A stretch of DNA of 64,000 bases from Amoebophrya sp. A120 (GCA_905178155.1 CAJINV010000001.1:6729860-6793859), one strand, 5' to 3'. Counted from the first letter of the stretch, positions 24,601-36,755 are shown. The notes: generated by a model from the sequence alone, not told the origin. A program made the numbers and translations.

Positions 24601-27524
24601 GGCAAGTTCTCGGGTGGGCCTTTTCATGACAAAAGCGCACCAAAATGGAAGCAGGTTCTGATTTTTTCCGGGAGCTTTCCCCGGACTAACGCTTACGCCT
24701 TTGCCCCTGCCCTGGCCCCCCCCTTTCGGCCGAACTTGGTGGCCTAAACTGGGCCGACGCGGGCGCCCATATCTTGGCCTGGCGGCCTGCCTTTTCCTGC
24801 GAGTTCCCTGGAGCAAATGGCAGGGCGCCCGGCTTCTCTGGCCCCGCATCCCGTTCCGCAATCTTGCGGGACGCCGTCCGGAGGCAAAGGCAGAGCACCT
24901 TCCTGGCCAACCACAGAGATGCCTGTCCCTGTAGTGGCTGCCGCCAAAGCGGCAAGAGGTTGGCCAGGGTTTTGCTCAGAAGAGGCTCACGGACATGGAC
25001 GCTAAGACTTACTTTTCCCGGGAGCTTCCCCCGACCTGGAAAAGTACGCTTTTGCTTTCGCTTTGTGCTTCATCTTGTGGCCGAAAGTGCGAAGCCGAGC
25101 TGCGCCGATATGCTTGCCCATATCGTGTCGAGGCGGCCTGCTTCGTCGTGCAAGCCACCTGGAGCAACTGGCAGGGCGCCCGGCTTCTCTGCCCCCGGAT
25201 CTCGTTCCACAATCTTGCGGGACGACGGGAGGAGGCAGAGGTAGAGCACCTTAACGGCCAACGACGGATATGCCTGTCCCTGTGATGGCTGCCGCCAAAG
25301 CGGCAGGGTTTTGGTCAGGCTTTTGCTCCGAAAAGGCTCACCGCAATCGACGCAAAAACTTACTTTTTTCGGGAGCTTCCCCCGAGCTAATAAAATAAGT
25401 TTTTGCTTTCGCTTTGCCCTCCTTTTTGTGGCTGAAAGTGTGGAGCTGTTCTGGGCCGGTATGTTCGCCCACATCGTGCCCAGACAACCTACCTGGCCCT
25501 GCAAGTTACTTGGAGCATATGGCAGGGCGCCCGTCTTTTCTGCCTCCGGATCTCGCTCCGCAATCTTGCGCGGCGACGTGCGGAGGCAGAGGTAGATCAC
25601 CTTCCTGGCCAGCCACAGAGATGCTTGGCTCTGAGGTGTCCGCCGTCGACCTCATCTTCAAGCCAAAGCCTTATTTTATTAGGTCGCGTTTCGGACAAAA
25701 AAAAACTAAGGTTTAGGTTTGGAGATGAGGTCGACAACCCAACCTCAAAGATCGCCCTCTCTTTTTGCGGTCCACTTCCTGCTGGGCCACTCGCAGTGGC
25801 TGGAGGCTGGCCATGGCCGGCCCGTAGGAACTTGACCTCAAAAAGAGAGGCCGACTTTTGTCGGCTGGGTATAACGAGCTCATTTCAAATCAAAAACTTA
25901 GTTTTTTTTCTTCCGAAACACGAGCTAATAAAATAAGTTTTTGCTTTCAACACGAGCTCCGAAAGCAGCCCCGGAAAGCAGCCCTCTTGTTGTGGCCGGG
26001 ATTTTGCCCAGTCAATCTCCGGCGGCGGATGTTGGCCATGCCTAGACCCGCACACCCGGGTGGCCGATTTGACGACAAAGACATACCGTACTAGCTCGGG
26101 GGAAGCCCCGGGAAAACCGGGCTTCCGACCTCATCTCCAAACCAAAACCTTAATTATTTTTTCTCCGAAACGCCACCTAATAAAGTAAGGTTTTGGTTTG
26201 CAGATGAGGTCGGCGGCGGACGCCTCAGAAACGGGCGTCCCTTTGGTTGGCCAGGAGGGTGGTCTACCTCTGCCTCCGAACATTGTCCCGCAAGATTGCG
26301 GAGCGAGATCCTGAGGCAGAGCAACCGGGCGCCCTGTCACTTGCCCCAAGTAACTTGCAGGGCCAGGTAGGTTGTCTGGGCACGATGTGGGCGAACATAC
26401 CGGCCCAGAACAGCTCCACACTTTCAGCCACAAAAAGGAGGGCAAAGCGAAAGCAAAAACTTATTTTATTAGCTCGGGGGAAGCTCCCGAAAAAAATAAG
26501 TTTTTGCTTCGATTGCGGTGAGCCTTTTCGGAGCAAAACCCTGACCAAAACCCTGCCGCTTTGGCGGCAGCCATCACAGGGGCAAGCATCTCTTTGGCTG
26601 GCCAGGATGGTGATCTACCTCTGCCTCCGAACGTTGTCCCGCAAGATTGCGGAACGAGATCCGGAGGCAGAAAAGCCGGGCAGCCTGCTCCGCGTACCAA
26701 GTAACGCGCGAGGCGAGGCGGCTTGCCTGGCGTAGATGCCAGCCTAGATCTCGAGGGAAATGCTGACCCCCAAATCAGCCAGCGTGCGCTCGTCAGAATT
26801 GTGGCGACACCTCGCACAAAATCTGGATCGGCATCAAGGTAGAAGGGCCTTCAGCTCTGAAGGCCCGGCGGCTTTGGTTTTGCCAGCCAGACGAAATACG
26901 AACCAAGGCACCACCTGGACAACTGCCGGGCGGTGCGAAGAGGGACAAAGGCGGGGGCTGCGAAATCTATGAAACCACGAACCAAAACCCTGATGTAAAC
27001 CTTAATTTTTTCAACCCTTAACCCAAAAAACCTTCCCCATGCGAGGAGATTCAGCGTCCTCTGCGGCTGCTGCGGCGGTACAACTGCCGTGGGAGGCGCT
27101 ACAGGTGCCTTCGAACTTGTAGATGAGGATGACATAGGAGCGCGAGCTCCTTCATTGCTGTGATGTTTCTCCTTGTTCCCCCCGCCGGGAGGCTTATTTT
27201 CTTTATTCCGCTGGGGAGACTTCGAGACGTCAGCTTGCTTTGCCTCGCGCTTAGTGACCTCCTTGACCTGATCAAGCAACATGTTTGTGTTTCTCTTAGC
27301 ACTTGTTGGTTCTTCGATCTGTGGCAGACACAGACGAAACTCAAAAAAGGTAAAGGTGGACCAAAGAAATCGACAATAGATGTTGAGAAACCAAGTTCAA
27401 AGTTCTACTTTACGAAAAAGCAATCTACCTTCCCAGACGATGGCGCTGAAGAGCTCACTCGAGGCTTTGACTTCGATCCGCTCCGTGCCGCCGGTGTCGC
27501 TTTGGACGTCTGTCGCTTCGCCAT
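15678..27524 (-). CDS. Giant (~2900 aa) low-complexity acidic protein with an AT-hook and C-terminal coiled coil; interrupted by a 2.9-kb foldback intron
   Basis: Exon 1 starts MAKRQTSKATP at 27524. GT-AG introns are 27268-27428 and 15860-16029, and the non-canonical intron is 24124-27026 (WGRFFG|VPQLQP in frame). AT-hook KRGRGRPRK lies near 23750, and a heptad-rich C-terminus near 16050-16430. Confidence 0.8.
24590..25640. repeat. Tandem array of ~350-bp GC-rich units inside the foldback element
   Basis: The anchor gccgccaa(a/g)gcggca occurs at 24590, 24940 and 25291 (period 350/351). A more diverged unit lies upstream at about 24240-24590. Confidence 0.85.
25180..26680. repeat. Large internal inverted repeat (arms ~25180-25735 and ~26125-26680)
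   Basis: 25281-25535 is a near-identical reverse complement of 26329-26580. The ORF track shows mirrored identical peptides on opposite strands (25414+ vs 26445-; 25600- vs 26247+). Confidence 0.9.
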
Positions 27525-28149
27525 GTTGTTGATTCCGCTCTGGAAAAGATAGAGTCGGTCGTTTACATTTCTTCAGGTGCCAATTCGTGCAATTGCTTCT
27601 TTCTTTGCAAACCCACGCAGGCACTATACACGACCTATGTAGTTAAGTACCTGACCAACTTTGTTCTACGAGGTACAGTGCGCAGACACATTCACCTAAC
27701 AAAAACGGTGAAGACGACAATGGGAGTGATGTGGAAAGACAAAACCGAACTGAAAAACTGAGTGCTACTGTAAATCTGAATTTTACCATCACACCACAGC
27801 ACGAGGACAGCTTTACCTCCAAGAATCAAAACCAAAAGTTCTGAGCAACTAAACCGGCGGAGTGAGGCCAATCGAAATTTCGAGCCGTACCGATCGACGA
27901 AGGAAAATCGAACGAAAGTCACCTCAAGCACTCTGTACAGAATAGCTTCCACATCATCCTCACACGAGGTGCACATCATCTTCGCGGTCATCATCGTCTC
28001 CACAAGCAACGAATAACGCATCTTATCATGTTTCCGTGTATTTCAAAGAGATGACATTGCGTATCGGAGTGCGAGCTGAAGCGTCGATCACCACGTCGCT
28101 CGTGCTGACTTGTTTCTTCTTTTTTTGAAAAATCTTACGGGCGATTTTC

Positions 28150-31100
28150 TCAGTCAGCGCACATCTGCATGAGTCTACTCATGATCGTGTAGCCGTCATC
28201 CAGCAAACCGGAGTGCTGGTACTCATTCGAGATCCACAAACGGATGCCCGGAATGCTGCTGGCCGTCCTCTCCGACAGTGCACGCTCGACATACATGTCG
28301 TTGTGGTAAACGATAGCTGCTATTTTTGGCTGATCCTTTCTGAGCTGCTCGCTAGAGGCAAACCTTTCCATCTTCGTGCTTGTCTGCGTATTGCCGCCGC
28401 TGGACTGCTTGCTGCCGTGCTTCGTCGTTTCAGTTTTGCTGATGTGACCAAAGTTGTACAACCCATAACCACTTTCGCTTCCCCAGCTTTTCGAATGCAG
28501 TGCCTCCGCGCAATCGCGTAACGCTGCTAAACTACTACACTCTTCGCCGAAAACCCAGGGGAAAACCATTTCTCCGGAAAAAAAGAGAGGTCTGAGATCG
28601 TCTTGAGATGTTGTTGTTCCTTCTTCATCAGCTTCAGCTGTGTCGCCGTTTACTATTCTTTTCGTCGCGCCATTCACATTCTTCTTCGCTGTCGCCTGCT
28701 GTGCGGCTTCCCCTGATTGATGAAACAGCTGCCTGCGAAAATCGAAGTCGGCCTCGCATGCTGTATCGTCATCCCACATAGAATCGCCGAAACCGGTGTT
28801 GGGGTGGTCTTTGTTCTCTTCCAAAGGCGAGAATGGTGGCACTACGCTTGCCACAGTCATCTTGTTCATTGCTTTATTTCGTGCGTCCGCAAGCTGCCGC
28901 TTCTCCTCGTCGCGCTGCTTCTCGTGCTCCACAAGACCTTTGTGGTACCAGAAGTCTGTTGCGAATTCGTCTTCGGACAGACACCGGAGTGCTGCCCAGG
29001 AACTGCTTTCATTCGATATGGGAGTGTCAGGATTGAAATCGTCAAAGTTGAAATGATTTGTCATGCATAAAATGGATGCCAGTTGGAACCCAGTCTTCAA
29101 GTGGCGCATGACAAATTTCGGTGGTCCCTAAACCCAGTTTGTCATGCTGTTCAGGGAAAGAAGATTGATTTTCTCACGCTACTTTAGCAGCTCGAGCTGC
29201 AACCCCAAACAGGCTTACAATCGGCCTCACTTGCCTGCTCTGCAACGCACGCGCCTCGGGTCATGCATTTTATGCATTGCAAATTATTTCAACTTTGATG
29301 ATTTCAAACCTGACGCTTCCATATTCGATGAAACTGCCTTAATATTGGGTTTTCCCCCGCCGTTCTGCCCTGTCATGTAGATCGCCTCCTGCAGCAGTGC
29401 GTACAACGGCTGTGCCTCGAATGGCTGCGCACTCGACAACGCGTTGAGGAAAGCGTCGCTGAGCTGAGCGGATTCGAAAAGCGGATGCTCGGAGGGTCTG
29501 CGATGTTTGCCAGATGAGGGGTCGTCTGCTCCTCGAGCAGCCTCTTCATCTTCCAGCTCCGGTGGTTCCTCGTCCACGGAACTGCCTGTTTCTCCCTGTG
29601 AAATGATGCGCTGCTCGCATTTGATGTGCTTGCCATTTTTGCTTTCTGCTGTCGAAAGAAACGACATGTCTTCGCCGGCTTCGCGGAGAGAGGTTAGAAA
29701 ATTCTTTGTCAGTGTCCCGGTGGCTTCTGGTGCCTTTATCTTGTCTACTAGACGAGGAGGGGAAGCCGAGTTTTTGACATTCGCATCGCCTTCGGCACCA
29801 TCAGACTTGTTCGACACGACAACAGCAGGGCTTGCTAGCATGCGTCCGTCGTTTGTTTTTATCCGCTTTCTTGCAGAAAGCTGCAAAGAAGTATCAACAT
29901 CTCGCTCCCATTGATTTCGGGGCGAGGACGAGCGCTTGTTTTTCTGAACCGGCGTACCCCTGGACTGGATGCTGCTTGGCGACTGTTTTTCATAACTTTC
30001 CTCTGCGATCGGCTGCAGCAGAGATGTCTTCTCCAGAACCGGTCCCGTTGCGGCCCCGTTCGCCGATGGCAGTACATTTTTGTCCGAGGAGCTCTTCTTG
30101 TCGCAGTGCTGCCCATCTTGCTCCTCGCCGAGATGAATACTCCGAAATGGCTTCGCGAAGGCGTCCGTGATCAGTGTGTGCAGCCCACGAGACCCGGCAC
30201 GCGTCCCCAGACACAGCCCGAGCTGCAGAAAGCGACGGCCCGTGAGGCGACTTCCGTACCTCGGAACTACTCCTGCTGCTGAAGATGTCCCTGCTACGTG
30301 ACTCGAGGTGAGGCTTTGCGACCGGTCGCGGGCTTCAAGGTTGTAACCTGCCGGCGATGGTTGATGTTCCGAAGCTGCTCCACCTGCCACGGATGGAGAG
30401 TAGATTGAGCCCGCCTGCTTCGACGAGCTCTTGCTCGTTTTCCTCCTCTGTCTGCTGCTCTTCCTTATGTTGAGAGGCGAAGAAGAACCAAAATTCTCCT
30501 CCTGTAAGTCGACGCTCAGCAGACCGGTGCTGTTCCTAGTACAACCGTTCTTGCGCTGGTCGTGATCTTCGAAGTTCCTGTTTGATTGCAAATCCGACTC
30601 CTCAGAGCGAAAACGGCCTCTCTGCTGGCCTCCCCCCGGGGAGAGTGTGGTGGCACCCCCAGGCTGGAGCTTCAGACGGACGTCGTAGGTGTCGAGGTAC
30701 TTGACGATCGTCCGCACCCGCTCCACGTCTTCCGGATACGTCTTGTAGTACTCCCGATTCCTAGCCGCGAGCCGCCGAAAAGTCGCACGGTACACGTCGA
30801 CGACCGGACAGGTCGGCGGCGGCGGCAACCCCCCGGTCAGGTAGATGTGCCGCAGTGCGTACGGATGGAGGGACAGGTAGTGCGTCGCGAGAAAGCCGCC
30901 GTAGCTCTGGCCCAGCACGCTCCAGCGCTGGTCTTCCCCGAATCTCGCCTTGCGGAAAAGCTCCAAGTCCGCAACGATGCTGTCCGTGAGAAAGTAGGAG
31001 AGAAACTGCGCTTGTTCCTCCGGAGATCGCTGCCGCCGCCCGTGCACCGAGGTCCTTTTGATCTGTTTCACAGGTAGGGCCACACGGACGGGGGGTGTGG

Positions 31101-32379
31101 TTGTACTTTTGCGCGGTTGCTTAACAGAGCTCAACTTCTCTTTGTTTTGCGGGGAACAATTTTCTTTTTCACCTTCTCCTAAAATTGCACGCTTCCCGTC
31201 GGTTCCGAGGAGTGTCTCAGGTGGCGGCGCCGATGGCGCCTGAGCGGGCTTCAGATCCGTAGATGCACAAACGCCATGACTGTCTGCAGCTTTTTCGCAT
31301 ACCCATCTCTTCGATTGGTCGTGGAAATACCACGTCCCGGGCACTCCAATTTCCTGCCTTTCCTGTTTCGCAGCATTCACTTTTGTGCCGCCTGGAACTC
31401 GTGTAATGGGTGCATTCGAGGATTCCGAGGGGGAAGGGTCTCCGCCATGTGGTAAGGCCATCGCAGGGCTCACCAGTCTCACAACTGCGCTCTGTTGATT
31501 TAGTGCTCCACCTGCAATAGGATTCATTTTCTGCGGCGCTGGGGACTGGTCGTGGTCGTCGTCACCGCAGGACCCGACTAGACCATTAGACGTGCCATTT
31601 GGTGCGGGTGCAGCACCGCCACCGGTAAGAACCTGCTGATCATCAACTCCTGCCCCTGGAGCGAAAAGTTTATGCTGACTTGTATCGTGGTAGCTGTAGT
31701 TTCCGTCTGCGTCGAGGTACTCTTTCAAAATATTTTTTGATTGTAATGGCGTGGAGAAACCCGCTCCGCGTTGGTCCATCAGGTACAAAGTGTGATTTTC
31801 CAGCGCTTTTCGCATCCAGCCCGACTGTTGCACATACCGCGGACACGGGTAGCCCGGCCCTCCCTCGAGATAAACGAGCGGCGGTAGCAGATTTTCACTT
31901 TCAACAAACGATCTAGTGGCAGGACTTTTACCCGTATCCGCGTGTTGTTGTCCATTCTGCAGCTCATCATCATGTCGAGCAAAACTCCTGGTGTCCGTTG
32001 TCTTTACGAAAGCCGCAGTGGAAGAGGATGACGGCGTCCGGGTGTTTGCAGCGGTGGGAAAGTGACTTGCTTGTTGTTCGTTCCTGCTTTTCTTGTCGAT
32101 CCTCCGGATCTCCCGGATGTAAACCTGAATTGTCCTGTCCTTGTCTGGGTCGACGTCAGGCACCGCGGGTTGATTTTCGCTGGACAAGGCTTGAAGGCTT
32201 CCCGCAAGTCCAGCAGACCGCGGCTCTTGATGGAGTTGCTTGTCTTGCAGTGCTGCACCGTTTTCCTTTTCTGTCCACGTTTGCTCATTACCGTGAACAA
32301 GCGGAGCCTGGAGCCAATAGTCGGTAACCAATAATCCGTCATTTTCGAAGGTGTCACCGACACGAAGCATGTTCTTCAT
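28150..32379 (-). CDS. Proline iminopeptidase (alpha/beta hydrolase, S33) with long low-complexity insertions; interrupted by an introner
   Basis: Motifs LEGGPG, DQRGAGFSTP, nucleophile GQSYGG, GGLPP, PLYALLQEAIY, GEMVFPW, YHNDMYV and NEYQHSGL. Removing 29017-29328 fuses the two ORFs (KAVSSNESSSWAA). Confidence 0.9.
29017..29323. mobile_element. Introner / TIR-bounded non-canonical intron, family C (307 bp, TSD TTCGA)
   Basis: About 58-bp imperfect TIR tatgggagtgtcaggattgaaatcgtcaaagttgaaat... / ...atttcaactttgatgatttcaaacctgacgcttccata. TTCGA at 29012-29016 and 29324-29328. Confidence 0.92.
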
Positions 32380-33020
32380 TTGTCGTGATGAACAACATGT
32401 ACAAATTCAGAATCTTGTCGTGCGTCCCGACTCGAGGTCATGTCGATAGAGAATGTATGACACGAAACACGGTAGTCAATGGAACGTTGTATTCGAAGGA
32501 AAAATACCGTAGCCGGCAGAGTGAAAAAAGCGAACTTTCAGAACTGCAACTAGTCACGATCATGATCAACACAAAATGCAGCGATCGTGCTCGAGCACAA
32601 CAACAAACTATCTACTGATCAGATCTGGCATAATGGTAAGACGGCGAGCAAAGGAGAGCATTAGGTAAAAATGAACAAAAGTAGAGGATGAGGAATGTCA
32701 TGCAAGCCGGAGTCAAAGTTGTCAAACATTCGAGAATATCCAATGAAATTTCGCAATAACTGGGTGTGCCGAATTAGCAACACACCTTCCTTGCTGCAAA
32801 ACGCATTCATTTTGAATTTGATCGCGGATGTTGTACGTCTTTTCATACATTGCTCAGACATCAAGGACACACACACACAGTTGTTACATTGAGAAGTTCA
32901 TGAGCACAGAAAGTATTGCGTACCACGTCGAAAAGTCGCATTTTGAAGCTGCTTATGAAAGAAGTCTTCATTTGCGGCCAAAAAACGACGAAGAAACCAG
33001 CTTCAAATTCCTGCGGACAC

Positions 33021-35869
33021 CTATTCGAGATACCTCGATTTATTCCCGTCTGGCGAGCTTCCTCGGGCGTGGTTTCCAGGTCCCGCTGGCTCCAGGTCCA
33101 CGACGTGCTGATCTTCATTTTCGCTTCCGTTGTCTACGCCCGCCCGCGCCCGCACGTCCGCCAGTTCTATCTGCGTCCCAAGCACCGTGGCGTCCACGTC
33201 GTCGTGTGCCGCCACCTGCTGCATGCTGCACTTCAGCTTGAAGTTATTCCTCGAGGGAAGAAAAAGATATAGGAGCCCGCTGACCACACACGCAAACGCC
33301 ACGTTCGGCGCGCCCTCATCGAAAAACCACACCAGCGGCCATCTCCCAACGATATCGAGCGACGACTCCAGAACAACTTCCAGAGCGGTGCAGATGGCGA
33401 CGCCTGGGTGGACAAAATACTTGATTTGATTTATAATTTTGTGTTTTCATCACGAGTTCTTGGCAGATGATAGATATGCAAGATCAGTGGAGGAAGAATC
33501 CCACAAAAGCTAGGGGAATCTACATAGATTACCGATCAGAGTCAGACTCGAATTGAAAGAAAGGACAAGTAAACTAGTACTGATCGCGGTATAGTAGACC
33601 ATGTTGCCGAAGGTAAGTAGCCTAGCCAGCGATTCCAGCTGCCTGCTTTCTACCAAAGACGCCTTCAGCTGCGAAAAACCCCGGCCCGCCCAGCTGACCA
33701 GGTATGCGAAGGTCATGGCTTCCGGCAGGATCGCGAACGCGCTCGTGTCGGACAGGTGGTCCAAGGCGGCCACCCCAGTGGGAAGAAGGGGCGACCCGCT
33801 GCCTCCACCCCGAAGCATCAGTGCCTGTGGAGAGCGATAATTGGGAGATAAAAGGTTTCAAATTCTTCGGAAAAGCTGCAAAAGCAGAGGCAAAGGTCGT
33901 TCCCTCAGTCAATCAAAAGAGGTTCTCAAATTTGAGCTACCCGCCCGTGCTGCAGGACATGGACATCAGCAAAACAACGATCATTAGTACCCGCACACTG
34001 GAGAGTCCTGCGTACACTCCGGCACAGGAAAACAGCATGGTTTTGTGCGGACACGTTTCCAAAACAATGCCGCAACCAAGGGAGATGCTGACGCAGACCA
34101 CCAAGATGAACGCGAATCGAATCGCCTGCGCCACCTCCGCGAAGAACACGTGGTTTTTGGCGTGCGCGGTCAGGTCCACGGTGTCGTTTGAAACGGAATA
34201 GAGATGATACCGGCCCACGGCACAGACCCACGCGAGCACAACCAAGCCGGTGAGAAAATGGTGGAGGGACACGAGGTGGGACTTATAGGCGAAAATGGTG
34301 TACAGCCAGTAGAGGAGTAGAACCGAGTAGAAGGCGACAAGATACTCGTTGAAAAACATGGCGGGAGCGTCGACCGCGGGAAGGTATCCATGACTCGACT
34401 TCGCATAAATTTTGCCCTGTTTGTTTTATTTTGGCGAGCTCTCGTTTCATCTCGGACAGGGACTTCCTATTTCAGGCTAAAACAGGCGTCAGGTGACGCT
34501 TACGTACCCACGCCAGAGATATATTACGCACAAAACAAGTACCTCGACGAAGTCCCTGAGCGGGTCGAAGTTGGCTTCTGCGCAGTTGGCGAGACCTATG
34601 TAGTACAAACTCTTTTCCATCACCGAGAACCGGACGCTTCTGCCTTTCGCGTCCGCCAATTTTGTTGCGGACAGAAACGCGTTCGGGCCTTTCGTGTACC
34701 GGACGCTGTGTTTCTCCATGCACCCGGCCGCTGCGGCTTCGTCCTTTTTTGTCCCCTCCACGGCGGACAGGTTCTCTACGTCTTCGTCCGAGCAGCAAAA
34801 ATGCTCGTGGTCCAACCGTTCTTCCAGGTCCTCGGCCCGCATGATCACGATCTGCACGTGGTCTGCACCGACGGAATCCGTTAAGAGGTGCAGTTCCTCC
34901 CCGTCAATCAGAAACTCCCCAGGCTGCTCCGGCGTCGCTGCAATCGTGACGGAGTGCGTTATTTCCATGCTCCGAGCCTGCGGAAGGCGAAGCCGAAAAC
35001 TGTACAGCTCGGCGGATGCGAGATTTGGAAGTACTGACGCGCTCGAAAACAACGACGCGGCTGTATCCTGAGTAAAAACGTACCCACACCAGAGCTGTAA
35101 TGCAGATTTGCAAAGACAGGAAGACTTGTAATGCGCATCCCCATGAGAGCCATTTCCAATCGTGTTTTGGAATTTGTGATGCTGTGAACAGGACGAGCAG
35201 CTGGATTTGTGATGCGGCTGCACTTGCTAACCTGCACTACACTGCAGAGTGCAACTTGTCATGCGTGACTCACAAAACTCGTAGGTTTGTGTTGCAAAAT
35301 CCCCATCCTGACTCTGGTGTGGGTACGTTTTTACTCAGGATAGGCTGCGGCGAGTGCCGGGTGCGCCGCTCTTATCAAGTGTAAAAATGTCTGGGTCTGG
35401 AAGATTCTGAGACTTGTCATGCATGTTTTGCCTGGGCCATGATGTGATGCATGCCCTAGCATCACAGATTTTTGGAGGGCCTCGCGATGCCTATTCCGCA
35501 TGACAAATGCCCTCTCCGCGTAGCAAAAATTACACTCCCTTTGCTGCTCATGCAATACAGATTTTTTTGGAATCCAAACTCAGCATCACAAGTTGCATTC
35601 TTCCAGACCCAGACATTTTTACATTTGATAGCTCTCCTTCGCATTTGATTTCGTGGTGGACGCAGCGGTGGAGGTCGAATGGCGTTGGTTTTAGCAGTAG
35701 CAGTGGAACTTACACTTAATACTCCGCACCTGCTTTGTCCTGCAGACACCATTTCTGGCGATAATTTCTCATTGTCGTTTTCTGTTTTCGCAGTCGCTGA
35801 AGCAACGCATCTTCCAAGCAGGCAAGAAAACGACGAAGACAAAGAGGACGAATTTGGAGACGCTGCCAT
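33021..35869 (-). CDS. TMEM87/GPR107-like (GOST, lung seven-TM receptor family) protein; start may be the ATG at 35644
   Basis: A luminal domain with FCCSDE..GC and YYIGLANC is followed by SHGYLPAVDAPAMFF, several TM helices, ISLGCGIV and C-terminal W..WFFD...LFLPSRNN. Three GT-AG introns plus two introners. The spliced N-terminus MRRRAAHPALAAAASLFSSASVLPNLASA resembles a signal peptide. Confidence 0.75.
35064..35342. mobile_element. Introner / TIR-bounded non-canonical intron, family B (279 bp, TSD GGCTG)
   Basis: Perfect 31-bp TIR tatcctgagtaaaaacgtacccacaccagag. GGCTG at 35059-35063 and 35343-35347. Removal gives in-frame PALAAAASLFSS. Confidence 0.93.
35373..35630. mobile_element. Introner / TIR-bounded non-canonical intron, family A (258 bp, TSD GCTCT)
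   Basis: TIR tatcaagtgtaaaaatgtctgggtctggaaga ... tcttccagacccagacatttttacatttgata. GCTCT at 35368-35372 and 35631-35635. Removal gives in-frame MRRRAAHP. Confidence 0.93.
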
Positions 35870-36755
35870 GACGACGATGGACTAAAACTCTGGTTCTTTC
35901 CGCCCAAAAAGTGAAACCTTTATGATATGTCGTGCTTTGTTAAGTCGTAGCAAGAGATCTGTGGAGAAGTCCACTTTGGAATTAGTGGTCGCAGTATATG
36001 GCGTCGCAACCTGATCAGAAGGGCGGTGATCATCGAGAAACTCTACTTCAGCTCCTGAGCGCTTGTCCACTTCGACGATAGACCGTCCAACAAGCATGAA
36101 GGGGGCACACAAAGGCCACGTCCAGCAGAAACGCACGTCTGCGAAGTCCAGGCGAGGGAAGAAAAAATCTCCAGGGCCGCTAGCGGCACATCTTCACATT
36201 ACCACGGTTCATTGCACGAACTAAATTGTTTGTCTCCCCAATATGTTGATCAAGCACTCAGAATGCTACCAAAAACTGGCTGCATTCTGCGCGTACGACA
36301 TACTCTATCATCCTCGACCTTCGGGCAGTTTGAGGTAAAAAAGAGGAAAAAGGTTGCTTTCACGACAACATTGCTCAAAAAAGGGTTGCTACAGAAAAAA
36401 CTCGTTACAAAGAAAAAAAGATCAAGTAAATGCCACAAAAAAATAGATCAGCGCAGAAGTTCAGTTCCTCAAATCTGCTGTAAAATGTACAGATACAGAG
36501 GCAGAGACGAATCGCTCACAAATTAATACGGTACAGATGACCAAACAGATTCTTCCTGAAAAATTGCCCCCACTATTTCTACATACTTACGCAGTTTTCG
36601 CAATTGCAGTTCACGGAAGTTTAGTCTCATTGTCTACGAATAAAACTAAAGCTCGAATTATAATCGGTGGAAAAAGTTCAGAGGTCACTGGGGAAAAGAA
36701 TGTTCATGCTGCTCCACATACTATTATTTCGCTCCGATCGTTGCTGGAGCTTCTT

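Larger units (their letters stand above)
24124..27021. mobile_element. 2898-bp foldback-type TIR element acting as a non-canonical intron (TSD CCCAA, TTA...TAA ends)
   Basis: Left end ttaggggttgaaagaattaagtttttggtcaaggttttg; right end reverse-complement ttaagggttgaaaaaattaaggtttacatcagggttttg. CCCAA at 24119-24123 and 27022-27026. Removal fuses ORF 26851..27282 to ORF 15917..24118 in frame. No recognisable transposase ORF. Confidence 0.88.

Noticed and set aside
24590-25640. Repeat array as CRISPR
   Set aside because: Units are ~350 bp with no unique spacers, there are no cas genes, and the context is eukaryotic.
24165-26972. Short ORFs inside the 2.9-kb element as a possible transposase
   Set aside because: They are short and mirrored on both strands because of the repeats, and show no DDE, tyrosine-recombinase or RT motifs.
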